Positions 27,091 through 35,824 of a DNA stretch of 36,980 nt are shown piece after piece. The notes beneath the pieces are model-generated. The model was not told the DNA's origin. It saw only the letters and a program-made list of their open reading frames with translations, and searched no databases. Source of the DNA: a virus (Duplodnaviria > Heunggongvirae > Uroviricota > Caudoviricetes); the IMG/VR virus record IMGVR_UViG_2713896902_000002, positions 1-36,980 of that record; one strand, written 5' to 3'. The translations under genes were made by a program, and so were the position numbers. The number at the start of each line of letters is the position of its first letter. Positions within the stretch are counted from its first letter, which is position 1.

Positions 27091-29943
27091 TTACTCTTTA
27101 TCGTAAAAGCTGCCACGCCCGGCACGGGCGCGACGGTCCATTTCCGCCCTGACCATTTCCCCGACCAGTTTCGCCAGTTCGCGGGGATTCTGCGTAACAA
27201 CGTTATGCAGATGGACATGGATTTCACCACAAAATCCGGAGGCAACAGGCTCCCGGTTACGGGAAGTTGCAGGAACTGATGCCACAGGAGATCGTATGGC
27301 CTCCGCCACCGAACGGGAGCTGGCCGCAACAACAGGGACCAGCGCCGGAGGCAGCGGAGCCGGAACCACGGGTGTGATATTAATTGCGGGGGCGGGCTTA
27401 CTGACCTGCGCAATCTTCCGCTCCTGCCACTCCCCACGAACAGCAAGTGCGCGGGGCAAGCTCTTAAAGACAATATCGCCGGGGCCGATACGCTTTTTCG
27501 TCTCATCAACCAGCTTGCCTGTGTTATCTGCAATTTTGCTGAGCCTGCGCAGCGTGCCTGTATTATTGTCTGTGAGCGGCTTGCCCCCTTTGGGGTTATC
27601 GCCTTTGGGTTTATCCCCTTCAGGAGCTTTCCCCGCAGGCTTCGGCGGATTGATTTTCGCGATGTCTCCCTGAAACAGAGCAACTTTTTCCTGAAGAGCG
27701 GCCGCACGCTGTGCGTCTTCGATTTTCTTGCGCGCCCTTTCCGCTTCATCCGGAAGGACGCCAAGTTTTTCCAGTATCCATGCCAGCGTATCCAGCAGCA
27801 TTTTGGCAGGCGTCAGGACAAGCTGTAACGCACCTCCAAGAACATTGCCGAATACCTCGCCAGCACTGGTGCATTTATCCAGCGTTTCCTTGCTGGATTC
27901 CATCGGTGACAGCAGCGATGTAAACCAGTTAAAGACCTGAATCACGCCATCACGAACCAGTTCGAAAACAGGACCAAACCGTTCAAAGGTTTCACGCAAC
28001 GGAGCCAGCCGCTCCATAATCCCGTTGAACACCCCGATATAAAACGCCTTGATGGGTTCCCAGTATTTCCAGATGAGAACCGCCGCAGCCACAAACGCTG
28101 CAACAATCAACCCGACCGGGCTGAACAGTGCCCCGACAGCGCCCCCCAGTAACGAGATGGCCCCCGTCACCATTCCCCATAGCGCTGGCAGAACTCTGAC
28201 AGCATTCATTGAGCCGGTCAGAAGGGAAAAGCCAAGACGCAGTTTTGCCAGCGGGCCAGCAAGCACCCCAAGAGCAAGCGACAACGAGCCAACCGTTGCA
28301 GTCATTGCCAGCAGCGCACCGCCTGCTATCAGTAACTGGCGCGTCAGTGCCGGATGAGCCTGCGCCAGTGCCGTAACTCCGGCAACCACTTTTGTGAGCC
28401 ACTGCGTGACAGAACGCAGTGGACCGTCAATCAGATCCGCAATGCGGATACGCAGCCCTTCCCATGCACTGCCGAGTGATTTCAGGTCGCCATCAAGGTT
28501 ATTGGCCATAACCTTTGCCGTGCGTTCAGCCTCACCACGTGCCCCCTCAAGCTCTTTTCTCAGTTTGGGCAGGGAACCGTTACCCGCCGCATCAACGAGG
28601 GCCATAAGCGATGTAAAGGCCTCCTGTCCGGCGATGTCCTTAAAGAAAGATACCCGGTCAACTTCCCCGTATTTACGGGTGGCTTTATAAAGGTCGGCCA
28701 GCACATCCTCCATCGGGCGCATTTTGCCGTTCGCGTCAGAGACAGACACCCCCAGCTCTTTCAGGGCATCAGCCGCAACTTTTGGTGGCGATGCCAGACG
28801 AGCCAGGCTGGCACGCAACGCCGTACCTGCATCACTCCCCCTGATCCCCATATTCGCCAGCACGCCCGCCATCGCTGCGGCCTGCTCCAGCGATATTCCC
28901 AGCTTACCCGCCACCGGGCCTGCATATTTCATGGTTTCGCCCAGCGCGCGAAGGTCGGTGTTAGTACGGGTAAACGCCGCAGTAAGTGTGTCACCGACCC
29001 GGTCCATCTGGTCAGCAGAGAGGCCGAACTGCGTCAGGATATTGGAGCCTATATCAGCCGTCTCGCCGAGTTCGACGCCACCTGCCAGCGCCATATTAAG
29101 AACACCGGGCAATGCGGCCTGAATGGCCTGCGGAGTAAAACCAGCCATTGCCAGAAAGCTCTGCCCACTGGCGGCATCACTCGCAGTAAACTGCGTTTCA
29201 GAGCCGAGCTTTAGCGCCTGCTCACGCAGCGCCTTAAACTGCGGGCTGTTCTGGTCAATTCGCGTCAGCGCCTGCACACGGGACATCTCTTTCCCGAATC
29301 CGATAGCGGGCTGCAAAAAGCGCCCGGCAGCATAGCCGCCAGCCGCTGCCGCACCAGTTGCCAGCGCACAACCTGTTTTCAGTTTTCCCGCTGTTTCCTG
29401 CGCGCGTGAATACCGCTCACGCGCACGCGTTACACGCGCAAGCGCCTGCCGTTCGCGTTCAAGCTGGTTGTTGTACTGTTCGGTGCGTCTGATGGCCTGC
29501 TGGATGGTGTTATCGCTGCCTGTCAGGGAAATACCGTGGCGTTTCAGTTCTCCGCCAAGCTCCCGCATTTTCTGGATTTCCCGTGCGCGAGATTCATTCA
29601 GGCGTTCAAGCCGGGTACTTAACTGCTGCATCAGCCTTTGTTGTTTTTCGCTGAGCACAGTACCCGTGCGTTGTAACTGGTGAAGGGCGTTAAGCTGGCG
29701 TCGTGCTTTCACGATGCCGCCATCCGCTTTACTGACAGCATCGCGGGCACGCTCAAATGAACGCGCCTGACGCTCGAGATTTTTGATTGCCCCCTGCGTT
29801 CGCTGGATGGAGTCACCAAGTTGCCCCATCAGGCGGCGGACGTTTTCGGTGGGTCGGGTCAGCCTGTCTACAGCACTGAAGGCGACCCGAATGTCAAGAG
29901 TCTTCATTGTCTGCATTCCCACTGCGAAGTGCCGCCCGCTCAC
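27091..29943 (-). CDS. T: tail tape measure protein (P2 gpT family)
   Basis: 950-aa ORF, coiled-coil N-terminus, Ala/Gly-rich hydrophobic central region; between E and U. Confidence 0.9.
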   Translation of the reverse strand: MSGRHFAVGMQTMKTLDIRVAFSAVDRLTRPTENVRRLMGQLGDSIQRTQGAIKNLERQARSFERARDAVSKADGGIVKARRQLNALHQLQRTGTVLSEKQQRLMQQLSTRLERLNESRAREIQKMRELGGELKRHGISLTGSDNTIQQAIRRTEQYNNQLERERQALARVTRARERYSRAQETAGKLKTGCALATGAAAAGGYAAGRFLQPAIGFGKEMSRVQALTRIDQNSPQFKALREQALKLGSETQFTASDAASGQSFLAMAGFTPQAIQAALPGVLNMALAGGVELGETADIGSNILTQFGLSADQMDRVGDTLTAAFTRTNTDLRALGETMKYAGPVAGKLGISLEQAAAMAGVLANMGIRGSDAGTALRASLARLASPPKVAADALKELGVSVSDANGKMRPMEDVLADLYKATRKYGEVDRVSFFKDIAGQEAFTSLMALVDAAGNGSLPKLRKELEGARGEAERTAKVMANNLDGDLKSLGSAWEGLRIRIADLIDGPLRSVTQWLTKVVAGVTALAQAHPALTRQLLIAGGALLAMTATVGSLSLALGVLAGPLAKLRLGFSLLTGSMNAVRVLPALWGMVTGAISLLGGAVGALFSPVGLIVAAFVAAAVLIWKYWEPIKAFYIGVFNGIMERLAPLRETFERFGPVFELVRDGVIQVFNWFTSLLSPMESSKETLDKCTSAGEVFGNVLGGALQLVLTPAKMLLDTLAWILEKLGVLPDEAERARKKIEDAQRAAALQEKVALFQGDIAKINPPKPAGKAPEGDKPKGDNPKGGKPLTDNNTGTLRRLSKIADNTGKLVDETKKRIGPGDIVFKSLPRALAVRGEWQERKIAQVSKPAPAINITPVVPAPLPPALVPVVAASSRSVAEAIRSPVASVPATSRNREPVASGFCGEIHVHLHNVVTQNPRELAKLVGEMVRAEMDRRARAGRGSFYDKE

Positions 29944-30130
29944 GCCAGCTAACCACTTCGCCGGGCGTCATCATGAAGATTTCGGCGGGCGACCAGTTAA
30001 AAATAACGGCAATATCTGCCACAAAGTCTTCTATGTGCTCAAAGCACACAACCGTGATCAGGCTTCCGTCGCCTGTTCGTTCTTCCCGCCAGAGTCCGCA
30101 CCGCTCATAAAATTTACGGCAACCACACAT
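29894..30130 (-). CDS. E' extension frame of the E+E' tail chaperone (reached by programmed -1 frameshift from E)
   Basis: -1 frame ORF overlapping the 3' end of E and the 5' end of T, the conserved G/GT-like arrangement; exact slip site not determined. Confidence 0.5.
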   Translation of the reverse strand: MCGCRKFYERCGLWREERTGDGSLITVVCFEHIEDFVADIAVIFNWSPAEIFMMTPGEVVSWRERAALRSGNADNEDS

Positions 30131-30426
30131 AACTGAATAAAGTCACGGGATGCCATTTTTTTGAGGGTCACTTCATCCAGCCGCGGGGACGTCACGCGTG
30201 ACAGCAGCGTAAACATGGCTTCCGCTTTCAGATTCAGCACATCAGACAGCGACAAATCTCGCAGAGATCCAGCCTGCTCAATAGCCCCGGTGATCTCCAC
30301 ATACGTGATTTTTTCACCACCGCGCTCAACTGGCCGGGTAAGTTTTACGCCGCGCTCGCTGGTTTCTTTCGCAGTATCAGCAACCACCACAGCGTTTTCA
30401 GTATCGGTATTTTTCGTCTCTTTCAT
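30058..30426 (-). CDS. E: tail assembly chaperone E (P2 gpE family)
   Basis: 122-aa acidic ORF between FII and T. Confidence 0.7.
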   Translation of the reverse strand: MKETKNTDTENAVVVADTAKETSERGVKLTRPVERGGEKITYVEITGAIEQAGSLRDLSLSDVLNLKAEAMFTLLSRVTSPRLDEVTLKKMASRDFIQLCVVAVNFMSGADSGGKNEQATEA

Positions 30427-30480
30427 CAGAAAACTCCTTTCAGTCAGAGGCGACGCACTGCGCCGCCTGCATATTACTTA

Positions 30481-30993
30481 TCAGCCAAGCCCAAGCGCGG
30501 AGCGGATGCGGCCGGGTACAATGTCCTTGCCGTCCTTCCGGTAAATGAAGTTCAGCAGGTCAATTTCCCACACCGGGCGATCGTTAACGCTCAGTTTGTA
30601 GTAGGTGTTTTTGATGGCATAAGTGTGTGATGTGGCTTCGCCCTGTTTGGCTTCCCCCATATCAATTTCTGTCACACGCCCGCGCATCTCAATTTCATAC
30701 AGGTCGCTTTCTGCATCGGTGTAGTATTCCCCTGCAAAACGCAGCAATGTGCCGTCAATTGTTCCGCCATATTTAAGGAACAACGCACGAACGGCGCCCC
30801 CCATGACAAAACTCGCATCAAGCGCGGAATCGTCCAGGCCGAGGTCGATACTCACCGCCCCCATCATGCCGCCGCCACGATAGTTGTCGGTTTTACGTGT
30901 CAGTTTGGGTAAAGTAACGGACGTCACCTTTCCCACTTCATTTTCACCATCCACAAACAGCGTAAAAAAGCGAAGATGTTTTGGTACAGCCAT
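30481..30993 (-). CDS. FII: tail tube protein (P2 gpFII family)
   Basis: VTLPKLTRKTDNYRGGGMMGAVSIDLGLDD...LRFAGEY resembles remembered P2 FII (VTLPKLTRKLENYRGAGMNG..VDLGLDD...IRFAGSY). Confidence 0.9.
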   Translation of the reverse strand: MAVPKHLRFFTLFVDGENEVGKVTSVTLPKLTRKTDNYRGGGMMGAVSIDLGLDDSALDASFVMGGAVRALFLKYGGTIDGTLLRFAGEYYTDAESDLYEIEMRGRVTEIDMGEAKQGEATSHTYAIKNTYYKLSVNDRPVWEIDLLNFIYRKDGKDIVPGRIRSALGLG

Positions 30994-32177
30994 TAAGCAC
31001 CTCCAAGCACCGCAAATGCGGGGCCAAAGAACTCATCAGTGAACGCCTGGTAAAGCTCCATATCTTCCAGTGGAGGTACAGGCGTATATTTGTAGCGAAT
31101 ACGCACGCGCCCCTGCCGCAATTCTGTGGTGCTGTTATCCACGATGTCATACCAGCACGACGCGCCAATCAGTTTCCCGGCTGTGACCAGCGAATCCAGT
31201 TTTGCCCTGATGGCACTGACAACGTCCTTCACGTTCGCGGGCGTCAGTGGGCTGTCAATGGTTTCAAACTGCGCTTCCGCAATTGAGTCAGCCAGTATCT
31301 GCGCGGTGCGGGTATACACCTCAAAGATGTAGGCGTTCGTTTCCGGCGTACGGTTGCCCCAGAAGCGGAACCCGTTGCGGCGAATGATGGTGGTGATTTC
31401 CTTGTTGTTGAGGCTGTTGGCGTCACTGTCCTCAGCCTGTAACGACCAGAAAACATGTTTTGACATGCCCAGGACATTTTTAACCGGAACGTTGGACAGC
31501 GATTTGTGCCAGCCCTGCTCGTGGTCAATATACGCACGAAGGCCGCACGCATAGGCAGGCGCGGGGAAAACCTCATTCTCGCCACTTTTCGGGTTGTAAG
31601 CGATAAAATCCGGCCACAGGAGCATCACCTCGCGTTCGCTGAATTTTTCACGGTACGCAATGGCTTCAGCCATCGTGTTACAGCCATTACAGGAGGCATA
31701 CACAAACGCACGCAGTTTACCTGCAATCACGCACAGGGACTTTGTCACCGCCTCCGTGTCCAGCCCCGGCGCGGCCAGAATACGCGGACGGTATCCGATG
31801 CTTTCATCCTGCTCTGCAACAAGCAGCGCATACATCCCCGTATAGCTGCCGTCCTCTTCAGAACCACCGATAACCAGTTGATCCTGTGTTTTTCCGTCCT
31901 CTTCTTTGTGCTCAGCCACGCGAACCACAATCACTTTTGTGCTCACCTGGTCTGCAATGGGTTTCAGCGCACGGTACAGCGTCCCCGTTGTCCCGCATTT
32001 TCCCAGCACGTCATTGACGCGGGTCACTAATGCAGGCTTGTTCAGCGGGAACAGCTTCGCGTCCGCATCGTCCGCCGTTGCCACGATACCGATAACGCTG
32101 GAATCAACGTCGTTAATTGCTGTTACCAGGTCGGTACTTTCCGTAACGCGGGCGCCATGAAAGCGAGTTTCACTCAT
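30993..32177 (-). CDS. FI: tail sheath protein (P2 gpFI family)
   Basis: ...ADDADAKLFPLNKPAL...GTLYRALKPIADQ...YTPVPPLEDM resembles remembered P2 FI (...ASDADAETFPLNKPVL...GTLAASLQAIADQ...YTPVPPLENL). Confidence 0.9.
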   Translation of the reverse strand: MSETRFHGARVTESTDLVTAINDVDSSVIGIVATADDADAKLFPLNKPALVTRVNDVLGKCGTTGTLYRALKPIADQVSTKVIVVRVAEHKEEDGKTQDQLVIGGSEEDGSYTGMYALLVAEQDESIGYRPRILAAPGLDTEAVTKSLCVIAGKLRAFVYASCNGCNTMAEAIAYREKFSEREVMLLWPDFIAYNPKSGENEVFPAPAYACGLRAYIDHEQGWHKSLSNVPVKNVLGMSKHVFWSLQAEDSDANSLNNKEITTIIRRNGFRFWGNRTPETNAYIFEVYTRTAQILADSIAEAQFETIDSPLTPANVKDVVSAIRAKLDSLVTAGKLIGASCWYDIVDNSTTELRQGRVRIRYKYTPVPPLEDMELYQAFTDEFFGPAFAVLGGA

Positions 32178-32334
32178 AGCTTCAGCCCCTTGTATCCGTT
32201 AAATGATTCGGCAACAATCATCACCCACCACGCGCGTAATCTCACCCCTGCGCCGTTCTTGCCGCCCGGCGACAACAAAAAGCAGTAACCCCACCCTCAC
32301 ACACATGCGACCATGCTGTACAGGGAGGAAGCGG

Positions 32335-33444
32335 ATGATTGACACCACCATGCAACTGTTCAGCCAGAACACCGACCCCGTGAAAATGCCTGATTTTGAT
32401 ATTCTCGCGGAGGGAGAAACACTGTCCGGTGTGGCAGAGCGCCTGATGAGTCTGTCACTGACCGACAACAGGGGATTTGAAGCGGACCAGCTCACCATCA
32501 CGCTGGATGATGCGGATGGTCAGTTGCAGCTACCACCACGGGGTACACGCCTGACGGTTCTCATTGGCTGGAAAGGCGAACCGCTGACAGAAAAAGGCAC
32601 TTACATTGTTGATGAAATCGCTCACGAAGGACCGCCGGACAGGCTGACTGTTTCAGCCAGAAGCGCAGATTTTCGGGATGAGTTTAACGTCAAACGCGAA
32701 GTGTCCTGGCATGATGTGACCGTTGAACGCGTGGTGTCTGCAATTGCTCACCGATACGGCCTGAAACCGCAAATCAGCGAAATGCTGATGGATATTGAAA
32801 TCGACCACGCCGACCAGACCGAAGAAAGCGACATGTCCTTCCTGACGCGCATGGCGGAAATGCTGGGCGCAATCACCACGGTAAAAAGCGGTAATCTGTT
32901 ATTCATCATGCCAGGCGGTGGCGTGAACGCACAGGGCCAGCCGTTGCCATCGTTCGCCATCACACGCAGCAGCGGCGATCGCCATCAGTTTCGTATTGCT
33001 GACCGCGAGGCGTATACGGGTGTACGCGCCTACTGGCTTGATCTTAATTACGGGAAAAAGAAAAAAGTCAGCGTGAAACGCCGCAAATCGTCAAAACCGA
33101 AAAAGGAGAAAAGCAGCAGCCGGGAAGGCAACTATATGGAAGGTGCGGAAGGCAACGTGTTTGTGTTACGCAGGACATACCAGAATGAACAGTCTGCAAG
33201 ACGCGCGGCGGCGGCAAAGTGGCAGCAGCTACAACGCGGAGCCGCATCATTCTCCATCACGCTGGCGCGTGGCCGTGCAGAACTCTACCCCGAAATGCAT
33301 GGCACGGTGGCAGGCTTCAAAAGCGACATCGACAATCAGGACTGGATTATTGCAAAAGCCGAGCACACCATTGATAACAGTGGCTTTACCACGCAGCTTG
33401 AGCTTGAAGCAAAAATCCCGGAATGGATAGCAGAAACGGAGTAA
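32335..33444 (+). CDS. D: tail protein D (late gene D family); ORF opens at 32203
   Basis: RBS gggagg then ATG 32335; DNRGFEAD, GWKGEP, FRDEF motifs typical of gpD-family proteins. Confidence 0.85.
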   Translation: MIDTTMQLFSQNTDPVKMPDFDILAEGETLSGVAERLMSLSLTDNRGFEADQLTITLDDADGQLQLPPRGTRLTVLIGWKGEPLTEKGTYIVDEIAHEGPPDRLTVSARSADFRDEFNVKREVSWHDVTVERVVSAIAHRYGLKPQISEMLMDIEIDHADQTEESDMSFLTRMAEMLGAITTVKSGNLLFIMPGGGVNAQGQPLPSFAITRSSGDRHQFRIADREAYTGVRAYWLDLNYGKKKKVSVKRRKSSKPKKEKSSSREGNYMEGAEGNVFVLRRTYQNEQSARRAAAAKWQQLQRGAASFSITLARGRAELYPEMHGTVAGFKSDIDNQDWIIAKAEHTIDNSGFTTQLELEAKIPEWIAETE

Positions 33445-33531
33445 ACAAATTAACGCTCTTACAACACAAAACCCAATCAAACAACTCGCTCTATGCCAAG
33501 AGCGAGTACTGTTATAGATACCAATTGACGT

Positions 33532-33960
33532 CTATACATTTATCCCATCCTGCAAAATCTCAACCACTTCAAATTCCTCTGCAATCAATTCCATATCTTC
33601 AGAAAAATAGCCTTCTCGGACAAAAAATCGCTGATGCTCTTTCTGCCAGTATTCAAGGCTTAAATCTCCTTCGCCTTCTTTGCGGGCAAACACCTCAGTG
33701 ACATCGCAAAAACGCACTAATCGCATTGAAACTAACCGGATTACACAGACAGGAACATTCTGACCATCAAGAATAATGCTATAGTTTCCAATCTTAGGGG
33801 CAGATTCATCCTGCAAATAAGAGATTAAAGAACCACAGGAGGCTGTTTTAACCCCTTTTTTTATCAAGCCAGCAAGCTCGCTAGCCAACTCAGGACTGTC
33901 CCCCATTTGCCAAGCATCTGCACCAGGGTATTTTCTTTTTATTTCCTCAATCGTAACCAT
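33532..33960 (-). CDS. ASCH (PUA-like) domain protein, AT-rich moron; ORF extends to 33978
   Basis: C-terminal FARKEGEGDLSLEYWQKEHQRFFVREGYF pattern typical of ASCH; opposite strand to D/ogr; visibly AT-richer. Confidence 0.55.
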   Translation of the reverse strand: MVTIEEIKRKYPGADAWQMGDSPELASELAGLIKKGVKTASCGSLISYLQDESAPKIGNYSIILDGQNVPVCVIRLVSMRLVRFCDVTEVFARKEGEGDLSLEYWQKEHQRFFVREGYFSEDMELIAEEFEVVEILQDGINV

Positions 33961-34174
33961 TACCACCCTCTTACACATCTATGAAAAGAAATATTGTACT
34001 GTTTTAGCATGTTCCACACCTACATTACCAATAACGATTTTACCCAGATAACGAGGCCTGTCATTCGCTCAATGCAAACCATCAGATTTGGTTGTTCTAG
34101 TTACGTAAACTATTAGTTGGAGTCTGAGCTGGTGCAACTTAAAATAGCAATATTAGCATGTTAAGGGGGTTTCC

Positions 34175-34435
34175 ATGTTTCGTTGTCCGCTTTGTGGCGC
34201 ATCTGCCAGAATACGCACCAGTCGTTCGGAAAATGATTCAGATACCGTACGGAAAAAATATTACCAGTGTAACAACCTGGAATGCGGCGTATCTTTCACC
34301 ACACTGGAAGCCTTCGACAAATTCACATCCAGACACGCCCCCGGCGTCCACTCTTCAGAGGGCATCCCGTGGAATGAGCTGCCAGCTTCGCACAGGGGAA
34401 GCAGTCAGATGAGTTTGCCATTACCTCATAACTGA
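34175..34435 (+). CDS. ogr: Ogr/Delta-type zinc-finger late-gene activator
   Basis: MFRCPLCGASARIRTSR...KYYQCNNLECGVSFTTLEAF resembles remembered P2 Ogr (MFHCPLCQHAAHARTSR...RYHQCQNVNCSATFITYES); Cys4 arrangement; RBS aaggggg. Confidence 0.85.
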   Translation: MFRCPLCGASARIRTSRSENDSDTVRKKYYQCNNLECGVSFTTLEAFDKFTSRHAPGVHSSEGIPWNELPASHRGSSQMSLPLPHN

Positions 34436-34581
34436 CAGCAGGGAGAAATACGGGAGAACCCCAAATAAGGCAGGGATGCAGGAAGATCGCATAAAAAAAC
34501 AAACATAATGTTTTATTTTGAGCATTAATAATATTATTTTCTCAGGTAAGAGTTCAGTACTAATAAAAATATGAGGAGCGC

Positions 34582-34719
34582 ATGTCATCCAACAATATAT
34601 TTATTCTCATTATCTGCATAATTATAACCCTTTCCATATGGATATTATACGGTTCACTGTGCGAATTAAGAGCGCTCATGTGGGGAGACGAGTTTACAGA
34701 TTTTTTGCAATGCAAATAA
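34582..34719 (+). CDS. Hok/Gef-family-like small membrane toxin (45 aa)
   Basis: MSSNNIFILIICIIITLSIWILYGSLCELRALMWGDEFTDFLQCK: N-terminal TM helix then SLCELR and EF..FL, comparable to Hok KSLCEIR...EVAAFM; RBS gaggag. Confidence 0.4.
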   Translation: MSSNNIFILIICIIITLSIWILYGSLCELRALMWGDEFTDFLQCK

Positions 34720-34992
34720 TAAGAAAGCGAATAATATAAGGTTCGCTCTTACAATTGCATAATTTAACTAAAAAAAATCGCCATACTCCGCTATTTTCGC
34801 AACACGCGGGATTGTCGGGGTGTTCCAAAAGAGATAGATTACGCACGGGTGCCTTTCGGCTGATGGCTGGAGGGAATACCCGAAGGCCGGATGTGGAAAG
34901 GCCCCGGAAAACATCTCTGTTTAACCGAGGCCCTGACCATCTACCCTAAGCAAGTGATAGGTTAGCGCCTCCCCGAAAAAGGAGCAAGCGCT

Positions 34993-35133
34993 ATGTCGCA
35001 AAAATCGCTTACGGCCATCACGTTCTGCGTGACGGTAATCCTCATCATCTGGATGCTGCACGGTTCGCTATGTGAAATACGGATGAGCTTCTGGGGAGCG
35101 GAGTTTGCGGCGTTCTTACAGTGTAAGCAGTAA
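34993..35133 (+). CDS. Hok/Gef-family-like small membrane toxin (46 aa), paralog of 34582..34719
   Basis: MSQKSLTAITFCVTVILIIWMLHGSLCEIRMSFWGAEFAAFLQCKQ: exact SLCEIR motif; RBS aaggag; GC-rich structured leader upstream. Confidence 0.45.
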   Translation: MSQKSLTAITFCVTVILIIWMLHGSLCEIRMSFWGAEFAAFLQCKQ

Positions 35134-35269
35134 GGAAACCGCGACGGGGGAGCAATCCCCCGTCAATCGGTTGCCAGGGTAAGGCCGAAATGGCACCCAA
35201 ATTTAAATTGAGGCCCATCAGTAAAAAGAGGTGGGCTTAACGCTTGTTTAAATTTGAAAGGAACTCTTT

Positions 35270-35566
35270 ATGAGTGAAATGGTATTTTGTCGCGGATGCG
35301 GCAAGGAAATACATAAAGATGCCACATCTTGCCCCAATTGTGGAGCACCTCAAAGAACAGCAAGTTCAAAAAGCAGAATAACAGCCGCACTACTGGCTTT
35401 CTTTTTAGGTGGTCTTGGCGCACACAAATTTTATTTAGGTAAAGTGGGGCAAGGATTTCTTTACCTTATTTTTTGCTGGACATTCATCCCGGCAATCGTG
35501 GCTTTTATTGAGTTTTTTATCTATCTGTGCACCTCAGATGAAGATTTCGCCCGCAAATACGGCTGA
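35270..35566 (+). CDS. zinc-ribbon plus TM2-domain membrane protein
   Basis: N-terminal CxxC-x-CPNC zinc ribbon (CRGCGKEIHKDATSCPNCG) followed by LLAFFLGGLGAHKFYLGK, a TM2-domain signature. Confidence 0.6.
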   Translation: MSEMVFCRGCGKEIHKDATSCPNCGAPQRTASSKSRITAALLAFFLGGLGAHKFYLGKVGQGFLYLIFCWTFIPAIVAFIEFFIYLCTSDEDFARKYG

Positions 35567-35592
35567 CACCTAACGGACGAATCAGAATGACA

Positions 35593-35624
35593 AACCCGCA
35601 GCGTAAAACTGCGGGTTTTCTTTT
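35593..35624 (+). terminator. rho-independent terminator (aacccgcag-cgtaaaa-ctgcgggtt + T-rich tail)
   Basis: 9-bp stem then ttttctttt directly after the TM2 gene. Confidence 0.75.
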
Positions 35625-35801
35625 GGTCCCCCCCTCACTAATGAGGGCACCATTCATAAGCAATAAGCATAACAAATCAATTTGTTATCATATCGGCAGC
35701 ATTAACCACATAGGAGGCGCCGCAAATGATGCAAAATATACGATGCAAAAATTGCAACGAACCATAAGACAAAGCCCGCAATGCTGCGGGCTTACTCTAC
35801 C

Positions 35802-35824
35802 TCTCGAAAATGTGGTCACTGCGT
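35802..35824. other. candidate attR core (direct repeat partner of 11..33)
   Basis: gtggtcactgcgtggacacgcac; 21 of 23 identical to 11..33; preceded by perfect hairpin aagcccgca-atgc-tgcgggctt (35771..35792). Confidence 0.45.

Noticed and set aside
27075-27764. 229-aa minus-strand ORF in an alternative frame within the tape-measure gene, plus several plus-strand ORFs inside T (27296..29335)
   Set aside because: The 950-aa T frame is continuous and has tape-measure character; the others are basic or proline-rich frame artefacts.
34755-34949. 64-aa plus-strand ORF between the two hok-like genes
   Set aside because: Arg/Gly/Pro-rich, no RBS, lies in a GC-rich hairpin-rich stretch that looks like structured leader RNA; a mok-like reading frame cannot be fully excluded.
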